Assembly (NCBI GenBank): GCA_000432575.1
Contig: HF996781.1
Coordinates: 129 to 64,128 of the forward strand
DNA from: Clostridium sp. CAG:762
GTDB taxonomy: Bacteria; Bacillota_I; Bacilli_A; RF39; UBA660
Length of the DNA: 64,000 bases
Direction: 5' to 3'
The stretch's first letter is position 1. The number at the start of each line of letters is the position of its first letter. The notes beneath the pieces are model-generated. The model did no database searches and was not told the DNA's origin. It saw only the letters and a program-made list of their open reading frames with translations. The translations under genes were made by a program, and so were the position numbers. This document shows, one piece after another, positions 38,143-48,502 of the stretch.

Positions 38143-39324
38143 ATGAAAAATACATTCTTAAATAAAATAGATAGTATTATTAGTATTAAAATAACAGGTA
38201 AGAATGTTTATAATTTTATTAATAAGATTATTAAAAATAAAATTAATATTTATAATTTAGATATAATTAATAGGAAAGAAGCTATTGTTAAAATAAAATA
38301 TAAAGATTATCTTAAATTAAAAAAAATGCATACTATCTATCATTTTAATATATATAGTTATCATGGTAAATTAAAAATAAGAAATTATATTAAAAAAAAT
38401 TATATTTTTTATACTGCTATAATATTGGGATTAATATTATTATTTATTTTATCTAAAATGATATTTAGTATAGAGGTAATTCATTCTAATAAAGATATAA
38501 GAGATTTAATATATAAGGAATTAAATTATCATGGTATTAATACTTTTACATTTAAGAAAGATTATCATAAATTAGAAAGTATAGAGAATAAGATACTTAG
38601 TGATAATAAAGATAAATTGGAATGGATAGAGATTAATATTAGTGGTACTAAATATATTGTTAAGGTGTTAGAAAGAAAATTGAATAATAATAATGTTGAT
38701 GATAATATATATAATGTTGTGGCATCTAAGAATGCTATTATTAGTAAGGTTAAGGCTAGTCATGGGGTTATATTAAAGAATACTAATGATTATGTTAGGA
38801 AAGGAGAAGTTATAATATCTTCTAATGTTATTTTGCCTAATGGTAGTGTTAATTTAACAAATGCTAGTGGGACTGTATATGGAGAAGTATGGTATGAAGT
38901 TGAGGCTACTCATCCATATATTTATAAGGAAGAAAGTGCTACTGGTAAGAAGAAGGAAGTTTATGTTATTAAATTTTTAAATAAAAGGTTTTCAATATTT
39001 GATTTTAATCATTTTGATACGTTTAAATATAGTGAGAAGGTTATTTTAAAAGATAATTATAATATTATAAGGTTTGTTAAGGAAAAGCAATATGAATTAA
39101 AGGTAATTGACGAATATTATACTAAGGAAGAGTTAATTAATAAGATGGTAGATATTGCTAAGAATAAGATAAGTGAGAATTTAGAAGATGATGAGTATAT
39201 TAAGAATTATTTTATTTTAGAAGATACTTTTAATGAAAGTGGAATTACTTTAAAAATTTTTTTTAGTGTTGTTGAAAGTATTGGGGTTTTAGAAAAAATA
39301 GAAAATATTGTACAAAATGAATAG
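38143..39324 (+). CDS. yqfD: stage IV sporulation protein YqfD-like
   Basis: 393 aa, with a central TM helix and a C-terminal ..GVILKNTNDYVRKGEVIISS.. segment. Conserved yqfC-yqfD gene order. Confidence 0.55.
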   Translation: MKNTFLNKIDSIISIKITGKNVYNFINKIIKNKINIYNLDIINRKEAIVKIKYKDYLKLKKMHTIYHFNIYSYHGKLKIRNYIKKNYIFYTAIILGLILLFILSKMIFSIEVIHSNKDIRDLIYKELNYHGINTFTFKKDYHKLESIENKILSDNKDKLEWIEINISGTKYIVKVLERKLNNNNVDDNIYNVVASKNAIISKVKASHGVILKNTNDYVRKGEVIISSNVILPNGSVNLTNASGTVYGEVWYEVEATHPYIYKEESATGKKKEVYVIKFLNKRFSIFDFNHFDTFKYSEKVILKDNYNIIRFVKEKQYELKVIDEYYTKEELINKMVDIAKNKISENLEDDEYIKNYFILEDTFNESGITLKIFFSVVESIGVLEKIENIVQNE

Positions 39325-39376
39325 TAAAAAAAAGATAAATATGTTATACTTAATGTGGAATAGCAAGGAGGATATT

Positions 39377-41692
39377 ATGTTAGAGTTAAAGAATATTTGT
39401 AAAAGTTATAAAACAGGGGATTATTATCAAAAAGCTTTACATAATGTTAATTTAAAGTTTAGAGAAAATGAGTTTGTGGCTATTTTGGGGCCATCAGGAA
39501 GTGGTAAGACAACTTTACTTAATATTATTGGTGGCTTAGATAGGTATGATACTGGTGATTTAATTATTAATGATGTATCTACTAAAGAGTTTAAAGATAG
39601 TACTTGGGATGCTTATCGTAATAATAGTGTTGGTTTTATTTTTCAAAGTTATAATTTGATTAGTCATATATCTATTTTAGAAAATGTAGAGATGGGTATG
39701 ACATTAAGTGGAGTAAATGCTAGTATTAGAAAAGAAAAAGCGGTTGAGGCACTAAGAAGTGTTGGCTTAGAGAAACATATTAATAAAAAGCCTAATCAAT
39801 TATCAGGAGGGCAAACTCAGAGAGTGGCAATTGCTAGGGCTTTGGTAACAGATCCTGATTTGATTTTAGCAGATGAACCATCTGGGGCACTTGATTCTAA
39901 TACATCGATTCAAATAATGGAATTAATTAAAAAGATTAGTAAAAAGAAATTAGTAATTATGGTAACTCATAATGAAGAGTTAGCTAATACTTATGCTAGT
40001 CGTGTTATTAGATTAAAAGATGGTGAAATAATAAGTGATAGTAATCCATTTAAAGAAGAAGAACAAAGTGATAGTAATTATCAAATAAGAAAGACATCAA
40101 TGAGTTTTTTCACTGCCTTAAAATTGTCATTTAAAAATATTATTACTAAAAAAGGTAGAACATTACTAACGGCTTTTGCTTCATCAATTGGTATTATTGG
40201 TATTGCTTTGATTTTGTCTTTATCAAATGGATTTAATATAGAAGTAGATAAGTTTGAAGAAAACACTTTATCTTCAATGCCTATTATGATATCTTCGACA
40301 TCAGTATCGATGGATGAGGAAACTGTTAATAAGTTAATGGATACAAATAAGAGTGATGAGAATACTTTTACTTCTAAAAAGGAAATATATCCAATGGAAG
40401 ATTATAAGGAAACTTTGACACATAAGAATACTTTTAATCAAGAATATATTGATTATGTTGAGAGCTTAGATAAAACTTTAGTTAATGGAATTGGTTATAC
40501 TAGGTATACTAATTTAAATATAATTACTAAGAAGAATGGTGTATATGCTCCTTTGGGATTATCTATGTTAGAGTTTGTATCAATACCTAAGAAATTAGAT
40601 AGTAATGATATAAATGGAGTTTTAGAAGATAATTATGATTTATTATATGGAAGATTACCTAAGAATAAAGAAGAACTTGTTTTGGTAGTAGATAAGAATA
40701 ATCGTATTAGTAAGAAGATTCTTATGGCTTTAGGATTAGATGCTACTAAGGATAAACTTGATTTTAATGAGATAGAAAAAATTAATCTTAAATTAGTATT
40801 CAATGATGATTATTATAAGAAGATGGGTAATTTTTATACTGTTAATACTGACTTTGAAAAGTTATATAATATGGAAAATAATTTGAATTTGAAAATGGTT
40901 GGTATTATACGTTGTAAGGAAGAGAAAAAACAGATATTGGGTAGTAGTTATGGACTTTCTTATACAAATGATTTACTTGATTATGTGATAGAAGTTAATT
41001 CTAAATCTAGTGTTGTAAAAACACAGAGTGAATTAAATTATAATGTTTTAAGTGGGCAACCTTTTGAAGAAGGAGAAGATAGTACTAATACTAAAGAGAT
41101 TATGATGTCGTATTTAGGTGGTAGTAGTATTCCTGTTATTATTAATATTTATCCTAAAAATTTTGATGCTAAGGATAAGATATTAAATTATTTGGATGAT
41201 TATAATAAGAATTTAAATGAGGAAGATAAGATTATATATACTGATTTAGGAGCTTTAATATCTTCTATGAGTAGTAGTATTATGGATGCTATTACGATAG
41301 TACTTATTGCATTTTCTTCTATCTCTTTAGTAGTAGCCGTTATTATGATAGGAATTATTACTTATATTTCAGTATTAGAACGTACTAAAGAAATAGGCAT
41401 TTTGAGGGCTCTTGGTGCTAGAAAAAAAGATATTGCAAGAGTATTTAATGCGGAGACATTTATCATAGGTACTGTATCAGGATTACTAGGTATATTTATA
41501 GCTAGAATCTTAGTATTTCCTACCAATAAGATAATATTAGATGCTACAGGACTAGATAATGTTGCTAAAATGAATCCATTACATGCGTTGCTTTTAATAA
41601 TTATAAGTGTTACTTTAACGGTAATAGGAGGTTCTATACCAGCACATATGGCTAGTAAGAAAGATCCTGTTATAGCACTTAGAACTGAATAG
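39377..41692 (+). CDS. ABC transporter ATP-binding protein fused to FtsX-like permease (third paralog)
   Basis: GPSGSGKTT, LSGGQTQRVAIARAL, ILADEPSGALD. C-terminal FtsX-like TM helices. RBS AAGGAGG. Confidence 0.8.
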   Translation: MLELKNICKSYKTGDYYQKALHNVNLKFRENEFVAILGPSGSGKTTLLNIIGGLDRYDTGDLIINDVSTKEFKDSTWDAYRNNSVGFIFQSYNLISHISILENVEMGMTLSGVNASIRKEKAVEALRSVGLEKHINKKPNQLSGGQTQRVAIARALVTDPDLILADEPSGALDSNTSIQIMELIKKISKKKLVIMVTHNEELANTYASRVIRLKDGEIISDSNPFKEEEQSDSNYQIRKTSMSFFTALKLSFKNIITKKGRTLLTAFASSIGIIGIALILSLSNGFNIEVDKFEENTLSSMPIMISSTSVSMDEETVNKLMDTNKSDENTFTSKKEIYPMEDYKETLTHKNTFNQEYIDYVESLDKTLVNGIGYTRYTNLNIITKKNGVYAPLGLSMLEFVSIPKKLDSNDINGVLEDNYDLLYGRLPKNKEELVLVVDKNNRISKKILMALGLDATKDKLDFNEIEKINLKLVFNDDYYKKMGNFYTVNTDFEKLYNMENNLNLKMVGIIRCKEEKKQILGSSYGLSYTNDLLDYVIEVNSKSSVVKTQSELNYNVLSGQPFEEGEDSTNTKEIMMSYLGGSSIPVIINIYPKNFDAKDKILNYLDDYNKNLNEEDKIIYTDLGALISSMSSSIMDAITIVLIAFSSISLVVAVIMIGIITYISVLERTKEIGILRALGARKKDIARVFNAETFIIGTVSGLLGIFIARILVFPTNKIILDATGLDNVAKMNPLHALLLIIISVTLTVIGGSIPAHMASKKDPVIALRTE

Positions 41693-41974
41693 GCTTATGC
41701 CTGTTTTTTTCTTTTGCTAGTACATTAAAACATTATAAAATATAGATTTTTATATGTGATTTTGATAGAATATAGTTATACTTCTAAAGATAATTATCTT
41801 TTTATGAAAAAATAATGAATTTAAGTTTACTTCTATATGATAATTTATATAATAAAAAAATCTTTTACTGATAACGCGAATAGCAAATGTCATAATATTT
41901 AAAAAAAGTAAAAATAATCTTGCTATTTATAAAATATAATGCTATAATTTATCTAGGATAAGGAGGATTTAATA

Positions 41975-42472
41975 ATGAAAAAATTAAATAGTAAAGGTTT
42001 TACTTTAATAGAACTATTATCAGTTATTGTTATTTTGGCTATTATTATTGCTATTACTACTCCAAGGATATTTAATGCTGTTGATAATTCTAAGAAGAGT
42101 GCGCTTGATTCTAGTGCATCATCATTAAAAAGTTGGTACAATGAAACAAAATTAGCGGATAATGTTGCTGATGAAAGCGATAAAATATTAACAGGTTATG
42201 AAGCTACAGAAGCAAAGCAATGCTTAGATGAAGGTTTCTTTAAAGTGGCTAAACAAAGTTCTGCTCAATTTAAATTAGGGACAAAGGTAAGTGAAGGATG
42301 TTCATTTTATTATAAGAAAGATGGTGCAGTTGAATTTGTACTTGTTGCTAATGAGAATGGTAAGTTCTATTTAGGAGATGCTGTTAGTAAAAACGAAAGT
42401 TATAAATATATGTGGGCTAGTAGTGATGGTACTAATAGTTGGAATAATAAAGAGTTAGGATTTACTGATTAA
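41975..42472 (+). CDS. type IV pilin / ComGC-like prepilin
   Basis: MKKLNSKG|FTLIELLSVIVILAIIIAI is a canonical prepilin N-terminus. RBS AAGGAGG. Confidence 0.7.
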   Translation: MKKLNSKGFTLIELLSVIVILAIIIAITTPRIFNAVDNSKKSALDSSASSLKSWYNETKLADNVADESDKILTGYEATEAKQCLDEGFFKVAKQSSAQFKLGTKVSEGCSFYYKKDGAVEFVLVANENGKFYLGDAVSKNESYKYMWASSDGTNSWNNKELGFTD

Positions 42473-42549
42473 TTAGTGTATTAAATGATAGATATAAAAC
42501 TATCATTTTTCTTTTAATTATGATAAAATGATTTTAAGGATGTGATGAT

Positions 42550-45500
42550 ATGGCTACGATGTGGACAAATGAACAGCTTGACGCCATTAATAAGGAAGGG
42601 ACAAATATAATAGTCTCTGCGGGAGCGGGAAGTGGAAAAACAGCAGTACTTACTGAGAGAGTAATTAGGAAACTAAAAAGTGGAGTACCAATTACGAGAT
42701 TACTTATTTTGACATTTACTAATATGGCTTCAAAGGAAATGAAGGATAGAATAAGAGAATCTATTAAGGATGATGAGAGTTTAAAAGAACAACTTAATTT
42801 GTTAGATACAGCATTTATTACAACGTTTGATAGTTATGCTTTATCAATTGTTAAGAAATATCATTATAAAGTAGGGGTAAGTAATAATATTGAGATTGCT
42901 GAGAGTAGTATCATTGATTTAAAAAAGATTGAATTAATAGATAAGATATTTGAATCTTTTTATTGTAAAGATGATGATTTGTTTATTAAATTAATTACAG
43001 ATTTTTGTATTAAAGATGATAAGGAAATAAAAGATTATATTTTAACAATTAGTAACAAGTTAGATATGAAATATGATAAAATAGATTATTTAAATGGTTA
43101 TTTAAATAATTATTATAGTGATACTTTTTTAGATAATATGATTTTAGAGTATACTAAGTTATTAAATAAGATAATTGATGAGATAAAGGAATTACTTACT
43201 AATATATCTAGTTATGTAGATAGTAATTATTATTTAAAATTAGAAACTAGTATGATTAATTTGCTTAGTGCTAATGATTATGATTCAATTAAGGAGAATA
43301 TTAATATAAAACTTCCTATGATTCCAAGAGGTACAGGGGATGAGGCTAAGAAATTAAAGGAAGAAATAAAAAATAATATAGATAAATTAAAGGAATATGC
43401 TATATATGATGATGTTAATCATATAAAAGAAACGATTTTATTAACTAAAGATTATGCTAAGGTTATAGTATCTATTTTATTGAAATTGGATAAAGAATTA
43501 AATGATTATAAGAAAGAAAATGAGTTATATGATTTTACTGATATAGCAAAATTAGCTATTAAGATAGTAAGTGAAAATGATGATATTAAGGAAGAACTTA
43601 GGAATAGTTATAATGAAATAATGATAGATGAGTATCAAGATACTAATGATTTACAGGAATTATTTATTTCTAATATTAGTAATAATAATACTTATATGGT
43701 AGGAGATGTTAAGCAGTCTATATATAAATTTAGGAATGCTAATTTATATATATTTAAGAATAAGTATGATAATTATGCTAATTTAGATGGTGGTATTAAG
43801 ATAGATTTAAATAAGAATTTTAGGTCAAGAGAAGAGGTAATAAGTGGTATTAATTTGATATTTGATTATATCATGAATGATAATATGGGTGGTGCTTCTT
43901 ATAAAAAAGAGCATCGTATGATATTTGGTAATCTTACATATAATGCTTTTAAGGCTAAACAAAATAATAGTTTAGAGATATATAATTATAATGAGGATAA
44001 GAAATTTTCTAAGGAAGAAACTGAGATATTTATTATTGCTAATGATATATTGAATAAGATTAAAAATAATTATCAAGTATATGATAAGAATAAAAAGGAA
44101 TTAAGAAGTGTTGATTATAGTGATTTTGTTATTTTAGTGGATCGTATTACTAATAGTTATTTATATAAGAAAATATTTAAGTATTTAAATATACCTTTAA
44201 TAGTATATAAAGATAGTGTTATTAATGATTCTGTTATTTATACGGTTATTAAAAATATTATTGGTTTAATTATTAAAGTATATAGTAAATGTTATGATGA
44301 GGAATTTAAGTATTTATATGTGAGTATAGCTAGAAGTTTTTTAGTAGAATATAAGGATGATTATATTTTTGATGTGGTTATGAATAATAAGTATTATGAG
44401 ACTAGTTTATTTAATAGGGTTAAGGATATTGCTGGGAAGGTAGATTATTTAACAATAAGTGGTGTTTTGGATTTAATAATTGATGATTTCAATATTTATG
44501 ATAATCTTATTAAAATAGGTAATATCAGTGATTGTTTAAGCGATATTAATTATATGAAAGAATTATTTTTGAAGATGAATAATTATAATTTGAGTGAATT
44601 ATATGATTATTTAAAAGGAATAAATGATAATGGAATAGATTTGAAATATTTAAAGGTAGATAATTTTACTAATGGGGTAAAGTTAATGACAATTCATAGG
44701 TCTAAGGGATTAGAATATAATATATGTTATTATAATATGTTGTTTAAGGAATTTAATTTAAGGGATGTTACTGATAAGTTTTATTATGATAATAAGTATG
44801 GAATAGTTATGCCTTATATAGACAATGGAATAAATAGGACGATTATTAGTAAGATGGTTAAGGATAATTATTATAATGAGGAAATAAGTGAAAGAATTAG
44901 GTTATTCTATGTGGCTATGACTAGGGCTAAGGAAAAAATGATAGTTATAGTAAATGATATATATGAGAGTGATGTGAAGAAGAAATTTAAGAGTTTTAGG
45001 GATATTATTTTAAGTATTAGGGATTGTTTATCTAATAATATTACTGATTATGATATTAGTAAAATAAATATTACTAGGGATTATAATTATGGAAAAAATG
45101 ATGTTTATAGAGCAGATAATGCTAAAGTGCTGAAGGTTAATGAATTAGTAATAGATAATGGTTACATAGAGGAATCAAGTTATTCTAAGAAGACTAATAA
45201 TATTTTTTCTTATGACGAGAAGAAGTTATTGGAAGTAGGGGAAAGGTTGCATTATATTCTTGAGGTAATTGATTTGAAACATCCTAATTTGGATATAATA
45301 AAGGATTATTTTATTAGAGATAAGGTGAGTAGTTTATTAAGTAGTGATTTGTTTAAAAATATAGGTAATGCTAAGATCTATAAAGAATATGAATTTATAT
45401 ATAATCATGATTTAGTTAAGAGGCATGGTATTATTGATTTGATGTTAGAGTATGATAATTATATAGATATAATTGATTATAAATTGAAGAATATTGATGA

Positions 45501-45618
45501 TACAAATTATTTGAAGCAATTAGAGGGATATATGGAGTATATTAAGAGTATTAGTAATAAGGATGTTAATATTTATTTGTATTCACTTATTGATAAGAAG
45601 TATAAGAAATTAAATTAA
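42550..45618 (+). CDS. addA: UvrD/Rep-family helicase with C-terminal RecB-like PD-(D/E)xK nuclease (AddA/RexA-like), no AddB partner adjacent
   Basis: Walker A SAGAGSGKTAVL. UvrD motifs (DEYQDTN). C-terminal GIIDLMLEY...IIDYKLKN nuclease motif. Confidence 0.65.
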   Translation: MATMWTNEQLDAINKEGTNIIVSAGAGSGKTAVLTERVIRKLKSGVPITRLLILTFTNMASKEMKDRIRESIKDDESLKEQLNLLDTAFITTFDSYALSIVKKYHYKVGVSNNIEIAESSIIDLKKIELIDKIFESFYCKDDDLFIKLITDFCIKDDKEIKDYILTISNKLDMKYDKIDYLNGYLNNYYSDTFLDNMILEYTKLLNKIIDEIKELLTNISSYVDSNYYLKLETSMINLLSANDYDSIKENINIKLPMIPRGTGDEAKKLKEEIKNNIDKLKEYAIYDDVNHIKETILLTKDYAKVIVSILLKLDKELNDYKKENELYDFTDIAKLAIKIVSENDDIKEELRNSYNEIMIDEYQDTNDLQELFISNISNNNTYMVGDVKQSIYKFRNANLYIFKNKYDNYANLDGGIKIDLNKNFRSREEVISGINLIFDYIMNDNMGGASYKKEHRMIFGNLTYNAFKAKQNNSLEIYNYNEDKKFSKEETEIFIIANDILNKIKNNYQVYDKNKKELRSVDYSDFVILVDRITNSYLYKKIFKYLNIPLIVYKDSVINDSVIYTVIKNIIGLIIKVYSKCYDEEFKYLYVSIARSFLVEYKDDYIFDVVMNNKYYETSLFNRVKDIAGKVDYLTISGVLDLIIDDFNIYDNLIKIGNISDCLSDINYMKELFLKMNNYNLSELYDYLKGINDNGIDLKYLKVDNFTNGVKLMTIHRSKGLEYNICYYNMLFKEFNLRDVTDKFYYDNKYGIVMPYIDNGINRTIISKMVKDNYYNEEISERIRLFYVAMTRAKEKMIVIVNDIYESDVKKKFKSFRDIILSIRDCLSNNITDYDISKINITRDYNYGKNDVYRADNAKVLKVNELVIDNGYIEESSYSKKTNNIFSYDEKKLLEVGERLHYILEVIDLKHPNLDIIKDYFIRDKVSSLLSSDLFKNIGNAKIYKEYEFIYNHDLVKRHGIIDLMLEYDNYIDIIDYKLKNIDDTNYLKQLEGYMEYIKSISNKDVNIYLYSLIDKKYKKLN

Positions 45619-45635
45619 GAATAGTTGTTTTAATA

Positions 45636-45676
45636 TAAAAAAACTCGTTTCTATGTTTAGAAAACGGGTTTTTTCA
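45636..45676. terminator. bidirectional rho-independent terminator between convergent genes
   Basis: AAAAAACTCGTTTCTA-TGTT-TAGAAAACGGGTTTTTT, a hairpin flanked by an A-run and a T-run. Confidence 0.7.
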
Positions 45677-45683
45677 GTAATGA

Positions 45684-47789
45684 TTACTCTTCTATATAAG
45701 TGATAACTATTTCATCTACTTTTGATAAGGTAGTATTTGGTTTGATATTTTGTTTAACTATCATGCCTTTTTTGTCTTCATTATATTGAGGGTCGTTTTC
45801 GTCTATTTTTATATAAGTAGGTGAAGGGATGTTAATGTTATATTTGGTTAATTTATTGTACCAGTTTTTAAATTCTAATAATGTTTTATCTGTGAAATTA
45901 GGGAAAAGGCATAAATTTTTATCTTTGTTTTCTTCTAGGGTGCAGTCATAATATGTAACTTCTTCTACTACATTGGTATTTGAATGTTTTGATACTGTTA
46001 TTATAAGATTATTTTTGATATTTTTAACACGGTAGCCATAAGGATAATTTTGATTTATGATTAGTCCTTCTTGGATACTAGATTCTTCTTCTTTGAATGT
46101 TACATTAATATTGTGTTTGTTTGCCCATGAGATAACATCAGTTTTGCTTTTGTTCTTGAAGTTGGGTAGTGTTTCGATGTAATCTACTATTTTATAATTT
46201 CCTCTACCGATTAATGGTTTTTCGTATTCTTCGTCAGTTGTATAGGTAAAGGTTTTTATTAATTCTGGGTTGATTAGTCCTAAATTTATTTTCATTTCTT
46301 TTTTAACATCATCTCGGCTACCACGATAGTAAATGTAGTTATATAGGGTTAGTTGCATGTTTTCATCATATATGTATTGCTCATAGCCACTTAGGTAGAG
46401 TCTTTCAATATTGATGGCTTCTGTATTTTCACTTTTTTTGGAAACTACATCCATGAAGATGTCGTATAGGGATAGAATTGTTTTGGTGGACATATTGGTA
46501 TCCATATTTTTAGAAATAGTTTCTAGGATGCTGTAAACATCGTTTAGGTTATTTAGCGTTTTGGCTTTGTTTAAAATGCCTTTGATGATGAGTTGTTGAT
46601 TTTGTCCTCTTATTACGTCTGATAGGGTATTGCCTAAGTATTTTTTGCCACATGCATATTGTTCGGGAGTTTCTTTTCTATGTCTTGCTAAGGCTAAGAC
46701 TTGTTCTCCATTTAATGTTTGTATTCCTTTTTCAACATAGATGGTGTGTTTGCCAAATCTTCTTTTGCTGTCTTGTTCACAGAAATTATAAGGAACATCA
46801 ACTTCAATGCCTTTTAGTGTGTCTACTAAGTCAACGACTCCTTTAAAGTTGATTTTTACGTAATAATCTATTTTGATGTCTAGAAAATTTTCGATGGTTT
46901 TCATCATGCATGGTGCTCCTTGCCAAGCTGCATGGGTTATTTTATTTTCGTATTGATTTTTAAAACACGCAATGGGGACATAGGTGTCTCTTGGTATAGA
47001 TAGCATCGTGGCATTTAAAGTATTAGGGTTGAACGTTACTAATATTAAGGCGTCTCCGTTAAATGATGCGTTTTTGGCGAGTTCATCAGCTTCCGAGTCA
47101 ACACCCATGATTAATAGGGTAAAAGGTTCGGTTAATTTTTTGTTTGAAGTGGTGGTGTTTTTTGTTTTGTCGGTTTGGTTTTTTGTTAGTAAAACACTTG
47201 TCTCTTTACTGATGTTTGTATATTTATCAATGCTGTTATAACTAGTAACATAATTGCTTGGTAGGAAGCCAGCATCTATTTTGTTATCATATAGGTCATT
47301 TAAAATATGAATGAATTGATCGTATTTTTTGATGGTAACTCTGTTTAAATTATTTTCTTTAATTACTTTATTGGGTAAGATGTTGCCATCGATAGAAGTT
47401 TCGTCGTTTAGAATACCTATGGTTTTGATTGTATTTAATTTTAGGTTGTTTTCTTTTAAGGTAACTAGGCTGGTGGAATAGGTAACTTTGTCTTTGCTAA
47501 AATTATTTATTATATTTAATACTTTGTTGGCATTATAAGAAATAAATAGAAAGATGATACTTAAGATAATCATGATGACTGAGGTGGTAATGTTTTTTGA
47601 TTTTAATCTTATGAAGAAGATGATGTTAATTAATAGTAGAATAACTATAACTATGTATCTAATTATGTCTTCGATGCCAACGAAACTTAAGATGTTAATT
47701 ATTAGATAGATGTTACATATGGTAAATAAAATGAAAGTTATTTTATTAAATATATATTTGTTTTTTTTCTTTTTTTTAGTGTTTTTCAT
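45684..47789 (-). CDS. LytR-CpsA-Psr (LCP) family cell-envelope phosphotransferase with extra C-terminal domains
   Basis: N-terminal TM helices. LCP core LLIMGVDSE...GDALILVTFNP..LSIPRDTYV...KINFKGVVDLVDTLGGIEVDVP. Confidence 0.75.
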   Translation of the reverse strand: MKNTKKKKKNKYIFNKITFILFTICNIYLIINILSFVGIEDIIRYIVIVILLLINIIFFIRLKSKNITTSVIMIILSIIFLFISYNANKVLNIINNFSKDKVTYSTSLVTLKENNLKLNTIKTIGILNDETSIDGNILPNKVIKENNLNRVTIKKYDQFIHILNDLYDNKIDAGFLPSNYVTSYNSIDKYTNISKETSVLLTKNQTDKTKNTTTSNKKLTEPFTLLIMGVDSEADELAKNASFNGDALILVTFNPNTLNATMLSIPRDTYVPIACFKNQYENKITHAAWQGAPCMMKTIENFLDIKIDYYVKINFKGVVDLVDTLKGIEVDVPYNFCEQDSKRRFGKHTIYVEKGIQTLNGEQVLALARHRKETPEQYACGKKYLGNTLSDVIRGQNQQLIIKGILNKAKTLNNLNDVYSILETISKNMDTNMSTKTILSLYDIFMDVVSKKSENTEAINIERLYLSGYEQYIYDENMQLTLYNYIYYRGSRDDVKKEMKINLGLINPELIKTFTYTTDEEYEKPLIGRGNYKIVDYIETLPNFKNKSKTDVISWANKHNINVTFKEEESSIQEGLIINQNYPYGYRVKNIKNNLIITVSKHSNTNVVEEVTYYDCTLEENKDKNLCLFPNFTDKTLLEFKNWYNKLTKYNINIPSPTYIKIDENDPQYNEDKKGMIVKQNIKPNTTLSKVDEIVITYIEE

Positions 47790-48094
47790 ATAATCAACTC
47801 CAATGTTATTATATACTAGTTAGCAATTTAAGTAAATAATAACATGGAATAATAAATAAAAATGACATTTTATGTAAAAAAATATTTGTTTTTAAGGATT
47901 GTTTTGATGTGATGTTATAATGTGGTAATGAGTTATAGCAATTTAAAAGGTGGAGGTGTGTGAGTAAAAAAAATTAAAAAATTCAAAAAAACACTTGCAT
48001 ATTTTTGAATTTTATAATATGATTATTATGACATAGATATATGTCCACTCTTATTGGAAGATTATAAGAGTGTATTCAACCAAAACCCCCTGAA

Positions 48095-48116
48095 GGAGCC
48101 GAAAGGCTCCACTTTT
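48095..48116 (+). terminator. intrinsic terminator (GGAGCC-GAAA-GGCTCC + T-run) in a non-coding stretch
   Basis: Perfect 6-bp stem with a GNRA loop, followed by ACTTTTTG. Confidence 0.55.
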
Positions 48117-48266
48117 TGATTTAAAACAGTATTTATAAAGGTTTGCATTTTTTAAAAATGAAATTTTTGGTCCAATTTTGGTCCATTTTTATTTAGTGTT
48201 TTTACATATTTTATTCTATTAAATAAGGGAAATTATTGGTTTTTACTTGGTGTCAAAATAAAAAAA

Positions 48267-48388
48267 CGTCCGGTTTTCTATGGAAATACCGTCCAGATAA
48301 ATATGGAAGCAATTTATTTTTTATTATATAACACAAAAAAATAGTCGTCCGGTTATATATGGAAATGCCGTCCGGTTATGTATGGACG
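48267..48388. repeat. array of four 21-22-bp direct repeats, CGTCCrGwTwwnTATGGAar, in two adjacent pairs
   Basis: R1 48267..48288, R2 48289..48310, R3 48346..48367, R4 48368..48388. R4 is internally palindromic (CGTCC-N10-GGACG). Confidence 0.75.
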
Positions 48389-48502
48389 TTATGCAGTTTT
48401 ATTGCAAATAATCCAGCTTAATACGGAAATTTTAAAAAATACTCAATTCGACATAAAAAAACAAATCAATTGTTGTATAATTATATTCGAGGAGATGATG
48501 TA

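Noticed and set aside
48044-48116. tRNA or tmRNA 3' end as integration target at the island border
   Set aside because: The GGAGCC-GAAA-GGCTCC hairpin has a 4-nt loop and 6-bp stem, and no acceptor, D or anticodon arms can be drawn. It is better explained as an intrinsic terminator.
48267-48388. Possibility that the 21-22-bp repeat array is a CRISPR array
   Set aside because: Repeats are imperfect, only four in number, adjacent rather than spacer-separated in two of three junctions, and no cas genes are present in the window.
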